64,000 nt of DNA from Candidatus Methanosuratincola verstraetei (GCA_049570475.1 CP186953.1:704001-768000), one strand, 5' to 3'; numbered from the stretch's first letter, positions 1-10,775 are shown. The notes: a model not told the origin generated them from the letters alone. Numbers and translations: made by a program.

Positions 1-96
1 TGGAGGAGCAGCGGACACCCCATAATCAGGACCAAGATCAGGGGCAGCTCAGAGCTCGGAGAGAAGGGGAGAAGGGGGGAGGGGATTGACTGGTAA
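1..96 (+). CDS. 3' end of an upstream gene, possibly archaeal shikimate kinase (partial)
   Basis: Frame 1 is open (WRSSGHPIIRTKIRG...IDW*) and its stop overlaps the aroA start; the identity is guessed only from aro operon context. Confidence 0.35.
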   Translation, partial: WRSSGHPIIRTKIRGSSELGEKGRRGEGIDW

Positions 97-1384
97 GGGG
101 GTTGTCGCCGTGGTCAGGAGGAGCGAGTTGGACGGGACGGTCAGGGCGCCCCCTTCGAAGAGCCTTACCCAGAGGGCGGTGGCTTGCGCGCTGATTGCAG
201 AAGGCAGGACTGAGATCGTCGACCCCTCGGACTCTGACGACGGCAAGGTGGCGGCCGCAGTCGCGAAGAGCATGGGCGCGAGGGTGAGGAGGGGCGAGAG
301 GTCCTGGCTCATAGACCCCCCTACCCTGCCCGAGGCTCCCGACGACGTGGTCGACTGCAAGGGGTCTGCAACGTCGATGAGGCTATTCACAGCGATCGCC
401 GCGCTTGCGGACGGGGCGACGGTCCTGACAGGGGACGGGTCCCTGAGGAGGCGCCCAGTAGGGGAGCTCCTCGAGGCGATGAACGCGCTCGGCGCACGAT
501 GCTTCTCAACGAGGGGCAATGGCCTGCCCCCGGTGGTTGTGGAGGGAGGGGGCATCAGGGGCGGCGCGGTCTCGATCCGAGGGGACGTGAGCTCGCAGTA
601 CATATCTGCCCTCATAATTTCCTGCACCAGGGCTGATTCGGACACCGCGATACAGGTGCTCAAAGGCCTCGAGTCTTCTGGGTATGTCAGGATGACCCTG
701 GACGTACTGAGAGAGTTTGGGGGCATTGCGGATCCGGACTTCGCCTCGGCGAGATTCCTTGTCCCAGGAAGGCAGACCCTCAAGGGCTGCAGGTTCGTTG
801 TAGAGGGCGACTACTCCTCCGCAGCGTTCTTGATAGCGGCTGGAGCGCTGGCAGGCAGGGCATCAGTCACCGGCCTCAGCGCCAGGACGTCCCAGGGTGA
901 CAAGAAGATCCTGGAAATACTGGAGAGGATGGGCGGCGATGTCTCGGTCGGCGGCGGCACTGCGACGGCGGTCCGGAGAGGGCTGAGGGGAGTCGAGATC
1001 GACTGCTCAGAGGTGCCAGACCTCGTACCCGTGCTGGGGGTCCTGGCAACTCAGGCAGAGGGGGCCACAGTGCTCAGGAGGATCTCAAGGCTCAGGATCA
1101 AGGAGAGCGACAGGGTGGAGGGCGTGGTGGGCATGATAAACAGATTTGGGGGGCACGCTGAGGCGGATGGGGATAGGATCGTGGTCGAGGGCCCCTCGAG
1201 CCTGAAGGGCACGGAGATAGACCCGAGGGGGGACCACAGGATAGCGATGGCTGCGGCGGTCGCTGGGCTAGCCGCTAGCGGCGAGACGGTGATAAGGGGC
1301 GCGGAGTGCGTCTCAAAGAGCTACCCGGGCTTTTTCTCCGACATGGAGAGGCTGGGCGCGGGAGTGGAGGTGACCAGAGGGTGA
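86..1384 (+). CDS. aroA: 3-phosphoshikimate 1-carboxyvinyltransferase (EPSP synthase)
   Basis: PPSKS, SSQYISA, EGDYSSAAF, LRIKESDR, DHRIAMA and KSYPGFF motifs. Confidence 0.97.
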   Translation: MTGKGVVAVVRRSELDGTVRAPPSKSLTQRAVACALIAEGRTEIVDPSDSDDGKVAAAVAKSMGARVRRGERSWLIDPPTLPEAPDDVVDCKGSATSMRLFTAIAALADGATVLTGDGSLRRRPVGELLEAMNALGARCFSTRGNGLPPVVVEGGGIRGGAVSIRGDVSSQYISALIISCTRADSDTAIQVLKGLESSGYVRMTLDVLREFGGIADPDFASARFLVPGRQTLKGCRFVVEGDYSSAAFLIAAGALAGRASVTGLSARTSQGDKKILEILERMGGDVSVGGGTATAVRRGLRGVEIDCSEVPDLVPVLGVLATQAEGATVLRRISRLRIKESDRVEGVVGMINRFGGHAEADGDRIVVEGPSSLKGTEIDPRGDHRIAMAAAVAGLAASGETVIRGAECVSKSYPGFFSDMERLGAGVEVTRG

Positions 1385-2484
1385 GTTTCGGGTTCGGCAA
1401 GGAATTCAGGATCACGGTCTTCGGGGAGTCGCATGGCGCATGCGTCGGGGCGGTCGTCGAGGGGTGCCCCGCAGGGGTCCCCTTGGAGGAGGGGGACATA
1501 CAGCGCGAGCTCGACAGGCGCAGGCCGGGCGGTCGGCTAGCGAGCTCGAGGGGCGAGGCGGACAGGGCCAGGCTGCTCAGCGGAACACTAGGCGGCCGGA
1601 CCAATGGCGGTCCGATTGCGATGCTGGTGGAGAACCAGGACGTTGACTCATCGTGGTACGAGGAGAACAGGCACCTGCCGAGGCCGGGCCACTCGGACTT
1701 CCCGGCATTCGTGAAGTACGGCGGCATGAACGACTACAGGGGAGGCGGGTTCTTCTCCGGGAGGATGACTGCACCCTTGGTCATGGGAGGGGCAGTGGCC
1801 AAGAGGCTGCTTTCTCTTTATGGAGTGAAGGTCATCGGGCACATTGTGCAGATTGGCGGCGCCAGGCTTCGGGAGGAAGTCGGCGACCAGGAGATTGAGG
1901 CTGCTGCCAAGGAGGGCGCAATATGCGCGGACAGGGGGACTTCGAGGGAATTCGAGGGCGAGATCGAGAGGGCTGCCAAGGAGGGGGACTCGATCGGGGG
2001 CGTGGTCGAGTGCAGGGTGCTCAACCTGCCAATCGGCATCGGGGAGCCCTTCTTCGACTCCGTCGAGGCGCTGATAGCCCACGGAGTCTTCAGCATCCCG
2101 GGGGTCAAGGGAGTGGAGTTCGGCGCAGGGTTCGGCATTGCAGCATTGAGGGGATCGGAGGCGAACGACAGCTTCGTTGTCAGGGGCGGCAAGGTGGCGA
2201 CGGAGACGAACAGGTCTGGCGGGGTGCTGGGCGGGCTGACGACCGGGATGCCCCTCATCTTCAGGGTCGCCATCAAGCCTACCCCTTCAATAAGGAAGGC
2301 CCAGAGGACGGTCGACTTGAGGGCTGGAAAGGAGTCGGCGCTGACGATAGGCGGCAGGCATGATCCCTGCATTGCGGTCAGGGCCGTCCCGGTCGTCGAG
2401 GCGGTCGCTGCGGTCTGCATAGCGGACCTGATGATTAGGGATGGCAAGATACCGAGGAAGGTTGGTGAACAGGGTGGGAATTGA
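1381..2484 (+). CDS. aroC: chorismate synthase
   Basis: FGESHG, RPGHSD, SGRMTA, KPTPSI and GRHDPCI motifs; GTG start overlaps the aroA stop (GTGA). Confidence 0.97.
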   Translation: MSFGFGKEFRITVFGESHGACVGAVVEGCPAGVPLEEGDIQRELDRRRPGGRLASSRGEADRARLLSGTLGGRTNGGPIAMLVENQDVDSSWYEENRHLPRPGHSDFPAFVKYGGMNDYRGGGFFSGRMTAPLVMGGAVAKRLLSLYGVKVIGHIVQIGGARLREEVGDQEIEAAAKEGAICADRGTSREFEGEIERAAKEGDSIGGVVECRVLNLPIGIGEPFFDSVEALIAHGVFSIPGVKGVEFGAGFGIAALRGSEANDSFVVRGGKVATETNRSGGVLGGLTTGMPLIFRVAIKPTPSIRKAQRTVDLRAGKESALTIGGRHDPCIAVRAVPVVEAVAAVCIADLMIRDGKIPRKVGEQGGN

Positions 2485-3532
2485 GGAGGTCAGGAAAGAG
2501 ATAGACAGGATAGACGAGGAGATAGTGAGGCTGCTGAACGAGAGGGTGGCGGCGTGCAAGAAAGCAGGAGTGGCCAAGGGAGGGGTCGCGATACTCGACC
2601 TGGACCGCGAAAGGAGGGTGCTGGAGAGGGTCGCAGCCAGGTCCGGGGATGCCCCGTCGGAAGGGATACGGTCGGTCTACAGGGAAGTGATCTCGATGTG
2701 CCGGAGGGTCCAGAGGCCTATCACAGTTGCCTTCCTGGGACCGGAGGGGAGCTTCTCCCACGAGGTCGCATCGAAGCACTTCGGGTCATCCTCGAAGCTT
2801 CTTCCGAGCAGGAGGATAAGGAACATCTTCACGGAGGTGGACCTCGGTGGTGCTGACCTGGGCGTGGTCCCGTTCGAGAACTCGCTCGAGGGCGCAGTCA
2901 ACGACACGCTGGACTGCCTCGTCGAGTACCCAGTCTCAATAGTCGGCGAGGCGCTGTTCAGGATCAACCAGAACCTGATCGTCGACCCCGAGGTGACCTC
3001 GCTCAGCCAGATCGAGAGGGTCTACTCGCACCCGCAGGCGCTCGCGCAGTGCGACGGGTACATCACGAAGCACCTGAACGACAAGGAGATAATCGTCACC
3101 GAGTCGACGGCTAGGGCTGTGGAGCACATCCTGAGGGACCGGAAGGGGGCCGCGATAGGCAGCAAGGTTGCCGCCGAGCTCAACGAGCTGAAGATCTTCG
3201 AGGCTGGGATCGAGGACTCGCCGAACAACTACACTCGGTTCGTGGCGATAAAGAAGGGCGGGAGCGCCGAGGCAGGGAAGAAAACATCGCTAATACTCTC
3301 GATAGACCATGTGCCAGGTTCGCTGGCTGCGGTGCTCAACTGCTTTGCGAAGCACGGAATCAACGTGACCATGATACTATCGAGGCCCCTTTACATGAGG
3401 CCGTGGGAGTATCTGTTCTTCGTAGATTTTGAGGGGAATCTGGGTGATGAGAAATGCATGATGGCGATAGAGGAACTGAGGAAAAAGACGAGGTTCCTGA
3501 GGATACTGGGAAGCTACTCAGAGTTGCTGTGA
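2465..3532 (+). CDS. pheA: chorismate mutase/prephenate dehydratase (P-protein)
   Basis: N-terminal AroQ (RKEIDRIDEEIVRLLNER), FLGPEGSFS, ENSLEG, SHPQALAQC, NYTRF, C-terminal ACT; start is 2465 or 2474. Confidence 0.95.
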   Translation: MNRVGIEEVRKEIDRIDEEIVRLLNERVAACKKAGVAKGGVAILDLDRERRVLERVAARSGDAPSEGIRSVYREVISMCRRVQRPITVAFLGPEGSFSHEVASKHFGSSSKLLPSRRIRNIFTEVDLGGADLGVVPFENSLEGAVNDTLDCLVEYPVSIVGEALFRINQNLIVDPEVTSLSQIERVYSHPQALAQCDGYITKHLNDKEIIVTESTARAVEHILRDRKGAAIGSKVAAELNELKIFEAGIEDSPNNYTRFVAIKKGGSAEAGKKTSLILSIDHVPGSLAAVLNCFAKHGINVTMILSRPLYMRPWEYLFFVDFEGNLGDEKCMMAIEELRKKTRFLRILGSYSELL

Positions 3533-4245
3533 TCGGCACCGGAAAGATGGGGAGATGCCTTTCCACGCTGCTCAGGGGGCATGCTGAAGTGACGCTGCAT
3601 GGCAGGGACTCCGACAAGGCTAGAGCAGTGGCGGAAAGGATAGGGGTTGCCAGCGCAGACACCAACGCAGTCTCAGAGAGCGACGTGGTAATAGCCACAA
3701 TGCCGACCGAAGCACTACCAGGGTTTGTCGAGGAGCAAGCAGGGGGCATGCGAAGCGGCGCAATCTTTGTGGACATCTCGTCTGTGAAAATCGGGTTGGT
3801 CGACGATATCCTGAAAAGGCTACCGGACTGGGTCGGGTACGCAAGCATTCACCCGCTGTTCACATCCCCGAGGGTGAAGGAAAAAGATGTAGCATTCATA
3901 CCAGTTAGAGAGGTTGCAAACATGGGGATGTTCTTAGAAACCCTGTCAAGGTCAGGCATGAGCGTATTCAAGACTACACCAGAAGAACACGACCGCGCCA
4001 CTGCTGTGACGCAGGTGCTCCACCACTTCGCACTCCTCGCGATGGAGAGGGTCCTCCAGAGACACATGAAATCGTCGGAGGGGTTCAAGACGCACAGCCT
4101 AAAGAAGACGATGAGTGTAATCCGGCTGGTCGAGAGGAACCGCGAGACAGCAGTGATGATCCAGAGGCTTAACAAGTACGGGAAGGAAATCAGGGAGGAA
4201 TTCATCAGAGAGTGTGAGGCGCTGGACAGCGAGTTTTCGATTTGA
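3454..4245 (+). CDS. tyrA: prephenate dehydrogenase
   Basis: Rossmann VAVIGTGKMG, DISSVK, SIHPLF, EEHD...QVLHH; start uncertain. Confidence 0.88.
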   Translation: MHDGDRGTEEKDEVPEDTGKLLRVAVIGTGKMGRCLSTLLRGHAEVTLHGRDSDKARAVAERIGVASADTNAVSESDVVIATMPTEALPGFVEEQAGGMRSGAIFVDISSVKIGLVDDILKRLPDWVGYASIHPLFTSPRVKEKDVAFIPVREVANMGMFLETLSRSGMSVFKTTPEEHDRATAVTQVLHHFALLAMERVLQRHMKSSEGFKTHSLKKTMSVIRLVERNRETAVMIQRLNKYGKEIREEFIRECEALDSEFSI

Positions 4246-4436
4246 TTGCCAAACTCAGCCCTCTTCTTTAACCAGAGTGCCCGAGTCGAGTTTTTATTGC
4301 AAAACATCGCAATTTTGACTAGGGGTGCTGACGTTCGCTTCTAGCCCCGCTAAAAAGCATCCGATCTTTCTTGCGAACCTCTCCGTAAAGCAAAATTAGG
4401 GGCTGGGGACCGATTGTAAAGAAATGAAGTGGTCAT

Positions 4437-6161
4437 ATGGACGCCCTGCTTGGCTTCACTGTGTCCCTAATTTCGGCTGCAGCCGTCGCGCTGGTCCTGA
4501 AAAAGGCAAATGTCTCGCCTGTCGCAGGGTATATCATTGCAGGGTTGCTCATCGGGCCCGTCTTCAGGGCGGTAGACCCTTCTTCAGAGTACATCAAGAT
4601 CGCAAGCAACATTGGAATCGCGCTCATCTCATTTGAGATCGGTCTGACCGCAAAGCTAGGTTTCCTCAGGCGGCACACCCAAGAGATCGGCATGACTGCT
4701 CTCATTGAGTTCCTGGCAATCACATTCCTCTCAGCAGTTATAGGCGTTTCACTCGGCCTCCCCATAATAATCACCGTAATCCTTGGGCTCATGGCTCTTG
4801 ACACAAGCACGGCCATAGCTTTTAAGCTGGCAGAATCGACGAAGAAACTATCGGAGAGATCCTCGCTTCAAATACTCGGCGTAGGGACGGTAGAAGACGT
4901 AATTGTAATGGCAGGCATTTCGCTGATCCCTGCCTTCGCCCAATTCGGGCACCTGCAGATCGAGAGCATGTTCTACCACATCTCCTTCGTGGTAGTCACC
5001 GTCCTTGTTACCTTGGTTGTGAGCCTGCAGATCCTGCCCAAGATATTTGCATTCGTCTCGAAGGGCAACGACCAAGAGATCACGGTGCTGCTGCTCCTCG
5101 CGACTGCAATCGGATTCGGTTGGCTGGGGAATTATATGGGGATCTCTTTCTCCCTAGGCGCATTCATAGCTGGTCTCGTGATCTCTTCGATTGATTTGCC
5201 CAAGGAAGTCATGAGCAGGATGGTCTCCCTCAGGGACCTCTTTGCGATCCTATTCTTCATATCCGTGGGCCTTGCGATGCCAAGGATTGACAGCCTTGCA
5301 AGCGTAGCCTACGCAGCCATGATAGCGCTTGCGGTCATAGCCCTGAAGTTCGTCTCTTTCACCTCAGCCGCCTGGTTGAGCGGGAAAAAGCTGGAAAAAG
5401 CGGTAAGAACAGGGTTCTACATGATCCCGATCAGCGAATTCGCACTGATTGTCGCGAGCGAGGGCTACAGGTACGGTTTCATCGACAACAACTTTTTCAT
5501 GGCCTCTGCATTCGCAGTCATCATATCCGTGATTGTCGCCTCGAAATTGGTTGAAAACGACGAGGCTTATGCAAACAAGGTTGCTTCTTTGATCCCTCCA
5601 ATGATAAGGAATGGCGTTGAGACCATTGCGATGCAGACCGCAGAATTTTTGAATGGAGCCGTGCTGAGGGCGAAGGAAGGGCAAGAGTTCCTAATAAACA
5701 TCGGCAGCAAGATAGCAGTAATCATCGTAATAACTTCGGTAGGCGCACTAATCATTCAGCTTTTGAACGACATGCCTCTGACCGCCGACTTTGTCCTGAT
5801 CATACAGGCTGTAGTTGCGTCTATGGTCGCAATCATAACATTGTTTGAGATCATCAGGCTCGGGAGCAGCGTCCACAGGATGGCGGAATGGGCGCTGCAG
5901 AAAAGGGGGAAGGAGGCAAACAAAATCCTGAGGGTGTTCAGGAATCTCGTCTACATAATCACCTTGCTCATCGTCTCCGTGATAATAATCCTTAGCTCAG
6001 CCACCATAATCAGAAGGTTGTTCCTAGAATTGGGAGCGCTTACGGCCAACCTCTTATCGTTTGCCTTCATTTTCGCATTGGTTCTCATAGCATTCTACTT
6101 CTCCTACAGCAGGATAAGGAAGATGCTCGAAACGCTGGAAGGGATAATCAACAGGATTTAG
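4437..6161 (+). CDS. CPA2 (Kef-type) cation:proton antiporter with extra C-terminal TM helices
   Basis: GYIIAGLLIGP, FEIGL, STAI, VEDV, LGAFIAG, LRDLFAILFFISVG and SEFALI motifs. Confidence 0.88.
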   Translation: MDALLGFTVSLISAAAVALVLKKANVSPVAGYIIAGLLIGPVFRAVDPSSEYIKIASNIGIALISFEIGLTAKLGFLRRHTQEIGMTALIEFLAITFLSAVIGVSLGLPIIITVILGLMALDTSTAIAFKLAESTKKLSERSSLQILGVGTVEDVIVMAGISLIPAFAQFGHLQIESMFYHISFVVVTVLVTLVVSLQILPKIFAFVSKGNDQEITVLLLLATAIGFGWLGNYMGISFSLGAFIAGLVISSIDLPKEVMSRMVSLRDLFAILFFISVGLAMPRIDSLASVAYAAMIALAVIALKFVSFTSAAWLSGKKLEKAVRTGFYMIPISEFALIVASEGYRYGFIDNNFFMASAFAVIISVIVASKLVENDEAYANKVASLIPPMIRNGVETIAMQTAEFLNGAVLRAKEGQEFLINIGSKIAVIIVITSVGALIIQLLNDMPLTADFVLIIQAVVASMVAIITLFEIIRLGSSVHRMAEWALQKRGKEANKILRVFRNLVYIITLLIVSVIIILSSATIIRRLFLELGALTANLLSFAFIFALVLIAFYFSYSRIRKMLETLEGIINRI

Positions 6162-6168
6162 GGGCGCC

Positions 6169-7797
6169 TTATGCAGGGAGCTCTGCGAAGAATTTCTGAA
6201 ACTGCCTTTTCGAGAGGGTGAAGAAGATGAACGATATGATCAGCCCGGAAGCCAAGGAGACGGCGAGCGACGGAAACAGCCCGTAACCGACGCCCATGAA
6301 TATGTATGAGATCACAGGCGATGCGGAAATCAGGCCCGCCACCCCCAGCACCAGCATTGAAAGGAGGATTCCTGTGCCTGATATGTAGCTGCCCCGGGGC
6401 TTCTCGCTGAGTTCAGGGTATATTGAACCGAAATAGAGACCGACGCTGACAGAGATGCATGCCATCGCAGTGCTCAGCACGAGCAAGCTTGCGGCAGCAT
6501 TCGGCCCGAAATTGAACACTAGTGAGAAAACCCCCGAAAACACCAGGGAAAGGACAAGCGAGAGGGAAAGGGGCAGAATAGCCTTCGCCTTGAAGTAAGA
6601 CTCGGGGCCGATCGGCGAGGCGAATATGCGCCACAATGCCTTGCCTTCCTGACCTATAGACATAGCAGAGAGGAAGAGGCCGAAGATCCCAGTGCCCATG
6701 AGTGAGAACATGCCGGCATAACCGTATACCTCGTAGCGATCCATGGAGCCCATCGTCAGGAACAATGGCATCATCATTATTATCGGGATTGACCAGAACC
6801 TCACCATCTCCTTCCTCCTCGCCAGCGACCTGATGTCTTTCGATATGACTGCCAGCTCAGCTTGGGTGAAAAGCAGGCTGCCAAAACCGGTTTTCAGTCC
6901 AGAACCCTTGCCCGGCTCCCCATGCCCGGAATGGCTAATCCTGATTGTCACGGGCACGGGGACCCAGTACCTTGACCTAACGGCAACCGCGCTGAGCATC
7001 AATGCGCCCCCAAAGAGGAGCGTTACCGCTGAGAAAAAAGCGGCGGATGCGAAATCGCCCGCCGAAGCCTCCGCCACGACTATCGAAGGCCAAACCAATG
7101 GCACGAACCAGAGCTCTTGGATTCTCGGAGCGATTGACTCAAGGACTCTGAACAGTATGCCCGGATTGAAAAAAACCTGCGAGAGGGCAAGGACGAAGAC
7201 TATCAGCACCGCCCTGGACAAGATGGCGGCCCTGCCTCCCCTTTTCGAGAATGTAGAGGAGACGCGGTTCACGATGGATTTTATTATCTCTGAAGCGAAG
7301 CCGCCCATCACTGAGCAGAACGCCGCCAGCAACGAGGACACTGCCCAAGCACCAATTAATCCGAACCTGAGAGCCAGGGCAAGGGAGACGCCCAAAACTC
7401 CGGTCACAACGTAGCAGTAAGAGAGGACTGTTGAAAATGAGGACGCGAGGACGTACTCGGAGGAGGAGATCGGCATGTAATTCACCATTTCGCTCGATGC
7501 ATACTGCGCGTTATCGCCTATTACGAAGAATATGCCGTAGAGCACCACGAATGACAGAACGATCAGCGGCACCGAGGAGAGCAGCTGCAGCGACAATGCC
7601 CGCAAGTAGGCGATTTCAGGTTCGGGAACGACCCCAAGTAAAGCATAGGCGATGGACGAGGAGGCGGCAAAAACAATCGCGGCAACCAGGATCAGCCCAG
7701 TCGGCTTTGAGAGCCAGCGATTCGAAAGCCCTCCACGCCCCCTGATCTGGGAGAGCAGGAGTATGAGCAGTATTGCATTTACTCTCGACCACCTCAT
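6169..7797 (-). CDS. ABC exporter permease (multi-TM)
   Basis: About 12-14 hydrophobic segments; ATG at 7797 overlaps the ATPase stop (ATGA). Confidence 0.8.
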   Translation of the reverse strand: MRWSRVNAILLILLLSQIRGRGGLSNRWLSKPTGLILVAAIVFAASSSIAYALLGVVPEPEIAYLRALSLQLLSSVPLIVLSFVVLYGIFFVIGDNAQYASSEMVNYMPISSSEYVLASSFSTVLSYCYVVTGVLGVSLALALRFGLIGAWAVSSLLAAFCSVMGGFASEIIKSIVNRVSSTFSKRGGRAAILSRAVLIVFVLALSQVFFNPGILFRVLESIAPRIQELWFVPLVWPSIVVAEASAGDFASAAFFSAVTLLFGGALMLSAVAVRSRYWVPVPVTIRISHSGHGEPGKGSGLKTGFGSLLFTQAELAVISKDIRSLARRKEMVRFWSIPIIMMMPLFLTMGSMDRYEVYGYAGMFSLMGTGIFGLFLSAMSIGQEGKALWRIFASPIGPESYFKAKAILPLSLSLVLSLVFSGVFSLVFNFGPNAAASLLVLSTAMACISVSVGLYFGSIYPELSEKPRGSYISGTGILLSMLVLGVAGLISASPVISYIFMGVGYGLFPSLAVSLASGLIISFIFFTLSKRQFQKFFAELPA

Positions 7798-8582
7798 CTG
7801 CTGAGCTCCTCCACCACCGAACGGACGTCGGCCCCTCCTGTGAGCATCAAGAAGACTTCCTCGAGGCTGGAGCCCTGCATTCCAGCCTTCCCCTTCAGAT
7901 CCTCCACGGTGCCCTCGGATACGAGCGACCCACCATACAGTATCGCAATCCTCTTGCATATGGCCTGAGCGATCTCCAGAATATGGGTGCTGAAGATGGT
8001 CGTCACGCCTTCCCCGCTAAGCCTGTTCAGCAGGTCCTTTACGATCTTCGCAGACCTTGGATCCAATCCATTGAGCGGTTCGTCCATTATCAGCAGCCGT
8101 GGTCTGTGGAGCAGCGCGCCGATTATTGCCACCTTCTGGCGCATCCCTTGGGAGTAGCCGCTGAGCATCTCGTCCTCCCTCCCAGAAAGCTCGAAAGCCT
8201 CCAAGAAATGCGCTATCCTAGTCCGCTTATCCACCTCGGGCAAACCGTACAGGTCGGATACGAACTCGAGGTATTCCCGTGCAGTCAGGAAGTCATATAG
8301 TCGCGGGGTTTCCGGCACGTACCCGATAATGCGCCTGACTTCTAACGGCTTTTCGTAAGGGCGAACCCCGAAGATCGAGATCTCTCCTGCGTCTGGCCTG
8401 ATCAGCCCCACCATCATCTTCATAAGCGTGCTCTTCCCGGACCCATTCGGCCCCAGCAGCCCGTAAACCTGGCCCTCCTCAATGTCGAGGGAAAGGTTAT
8501 CGATTGCCCTGACCTCGCCGAAATTTTTTGTGAGCGAAGACGTGCGGACTGCAACCGCCATATCAGGGTTCACCATTAACAT
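7794..8582 (-). CDS. ABC transporter ATP-binding protein
   Basis: Walker A GPNGSGKST, signature YSQGMRQK, Walker B LLIMDEP, H-loop. Confidence 0.95.
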   Translation of the reverse strand: MLMVNPDMAVAVRTSSLTKNFGEVRAIDNLSLDIEEGQVYGLLGPNGSGKSTLMKMMVGLIRPDAGEISIFGVRPYEKPLEVRRIIGYVPETPRLYDFLTAREYLEFVSDLYGLPEVDKRTRIAHFLEAFELSGREDEMLSGYSQGMRQKVAIIGALLHRPRLLIMDEPLNGLDPRSAKIVKDLLNRLSGEGVTTIFSTHILEIAQAICKRIAILYGGSLVSEGTVEDLKGKAGMQGSSLEEVFLMLTGGADVRSVVEELSR

Positions 8583-8910
8583 GAAAATTATAGTTCTGAA
8601 TATAAAAATGCTTTTTATTTAAAAAAGACTTTTGGTTTCTTAACACCAAAATTTTTCTTTAAGAACATTGAATCGCCAAACATTTAGGCTTGAACTATGG
8701 CTTACGAAGACGACTAAAAAGAGCTCGAACGAATTGAGTCGAGAGAGAGGTAAGACGCCCCATAGAGGACTAATAGCGCATGCAAGAACGGTAAACCTTA
8801 TTACGCCTGTTACGGAACTCCATTCGGCGATGAAGCTCGCCTTTAAATGCCCTCGCATTAATGCATGTGGCTGATAGCTTCTACTGTTATGCAAAAATGG
8901 GGGGTAGGCT

Positions 8911-9759
8911 TTGGCTTCGCTTCACAAAGATCCGAACAAGAATCAGTCATCAAAACAATCAGAGGGCATTGAAAAGGGACGTTTTCGCAATTTGGAATTT
9001 TCCTTGAAAAAGAGGGCATATCAGGAATTACTTGCGTATTGCCAGAGAAAATCGCTGACCCTTGAAGATGGAGTTTCTTCATTAATAGAAAGAGGGATAG
9101 ACAATTACTGGCTCATGGCATACAAGTCCCTAAAGCATGATTTCATCATGTTGAAAGAAAATTTTGAGACCTACAAGAGAGACAATAAGCTGTTAACGGC
9201 AATCGAGGCTCAGAATGAAGAGCTCAAGTCACAGCTGCTCAAAAAAGGGATTCCCAACCAAGTTCTCGCAACCCCTTCCAAGAAGGAAAACACCAACAAA
9301 GCAGGAGAACTATCTGTTGCTAAAGAGCTTGCAGACAAAGAAGGAGAGAGTGAGGCTGCCAGGATGAGTTTAGCAGTGAGGGAAGAAACCGCTGCAAAGT
9401 TGAAGCAGTTCTTAATCGAGAAAGGGTTCTTTGTCACTGACGCTGTACCAGTTCTCATCGAATACGGGCTCGCATCCCAGGATGAATATGCGCTGATGGC
9501 GCTTAAGGAGGAAAGAGAGAAAGAGCTCCCAAAAATGGACGCTGAATATGCAGCGCTCCGATTCCGGGCGTACCAGTATTTCAAGGTGAACCAGACGATA
9601 ACGATCAGGCTGTATGTATTGCTCTCGGAGAATAGAAGACTTAAGGAGCTTTGCCAGCTGCATGGAATATGCATCGCGGCGCAGGATCCGTGGGATGACT
9701 GGGGTTCCGATAAAATAAACGAACTATACGGCAGGTACGTTTTTGTAAACAGGGTCTGA
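8911..9759 (+). CDS. hypothetical protein with two RHH-like plus coiled-coil repeats
   Basis: 282-aa ORF with an internal two-fold repeat pattern. Confidence 0.6.
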   Translation: MASLHKDPNKNQSSKQSEGIEKGRFRNLEFSLKKRAYQELLAYCQRKSLTLEDGVSSLIERGIDNYWLMAYKSLKHDFIMLKENFETYKRDNKLLTAIEAQNEELKSQLLKKGIPNQVLATPSKKENTNKAGELSVAKELADKEGESEAARMSLAVREETAAKLKQFLIEKGFFVTDAVPVLIEYGLASQDEYALMALKEEREKELPKMDAEYAALRFRAYQYFKVNQTITIRLYVLLSENRRLKELCQLHGICIAAQDPWDDWGSDKINELYGRYVFVNRV

Positions 9760-9999
9760 TTTTTGGCAAAACGCCGTTGCGCAGAGCGGCAAGGACCCGG
9801 AATTTTTGCTTGCTAAGGTAAATTATGAAGATATAAAATGTGTCTGCCCTAGTTTATGAAAACTGAGACGCAGCAGAAAGAAGCAACTGGAGCATGACCC
9901 AGTTAAGAGCCGGGAAAATGCAAAAATACGGACAGCCATCAAAGGAACGCAGTCAAATCTGAGGGGCACGGGCTGGAAAGGCCTATGTCTCTAAAGGAA

Positions 10000-10605
10000 T
10001 TAAGCGTTTGGCGTCGTACCCTTTTTCAACAGGGACTTCAGCGCCTCGCGGTATTCCTTATGGAGCCTCCGGTATTCCTCATACTCCTCGTCTGACAGTG
10101 ACAACAGTCGGGCGTACTCCAAAATAGTCTGTTTTGTCATAAAGCCAGCGCTCTCAAGCTTCGAGACCTCCGAGTCATACTTTTCGGAGCCGCAACAATT
10201 CGCAAGCTTCGCCTGCAATTCGAAGAGCCTAGCCATCTTCGCTTGATCTTCCTCTATCTCGAATCCCAATTCCTTTAGCCCTTTGACAGCGGCTTGCAGT
10301 TCTTCAGCCGCGTATTTCTGCCCTAGGGAAGCTTCGCCCATATGGAACAGGAATGCCTCAGCGGCGGCCCGGTAGTAGCTCTCTATAAGGTGTTCCACCC
10401 GCTCTTCTCTTGCCACCTCCACAAGCCCAGCCTTAAGCAATTTCTTTATGTGATGGTAAACCGCTTGTGGCGTGAGACCAAGTTCTCCTGCGAGCTGGCT
10501 CACGGTCATCTCCTTCGCCCTTAGCATGTGGATTATCTTCCGTCTCGTGTCGTCTGCCATTAGCTGGAACGCTTCTGGATCGCTGACGGTCATTATCGAT
10601 TTCAT
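10000..10605 (-). CDS. ArsR-family winged-helix transcriptional regulator
   Basis: ADDTRRKIIHML...MTVSQLAGELGLTPQAVYHHIKKLLKAGLVEV...YYRA. Confidence 0.9.
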   Translation of the reverse strand: MKSIMTVSDPEAFQLMADDTRRKIIHMLRAKEMTVSQLAGELGLTPQAVYHHIKKLLKAGLVEVAREERVEHLIESYYRAAAEAFLFHMGEASLGQKYAAEELQAAVKGLKELGFEIEEDQAKMARLFELQAKLANCCGSEKYDSEVSKLESAGFMTKQTILEYARLLSLSDEEYEEYRRLHKEYREALKSLLKKGTTPNA

Positions 10606-10775
10606 GATAAACTTCCACGTTAAAATCGATGTCTGAGTTCCTATATAAGCGTTTTGCAATTAAGACGTATTACATGCTATGAAAACTATAATGTGGCAAT
10701 TCAAACCAAAAGTTTATAAGAATATGTATTTTTTAGTAGTAAAATAGAGATTTTAATATTGAGTGGAGTGGTTGA

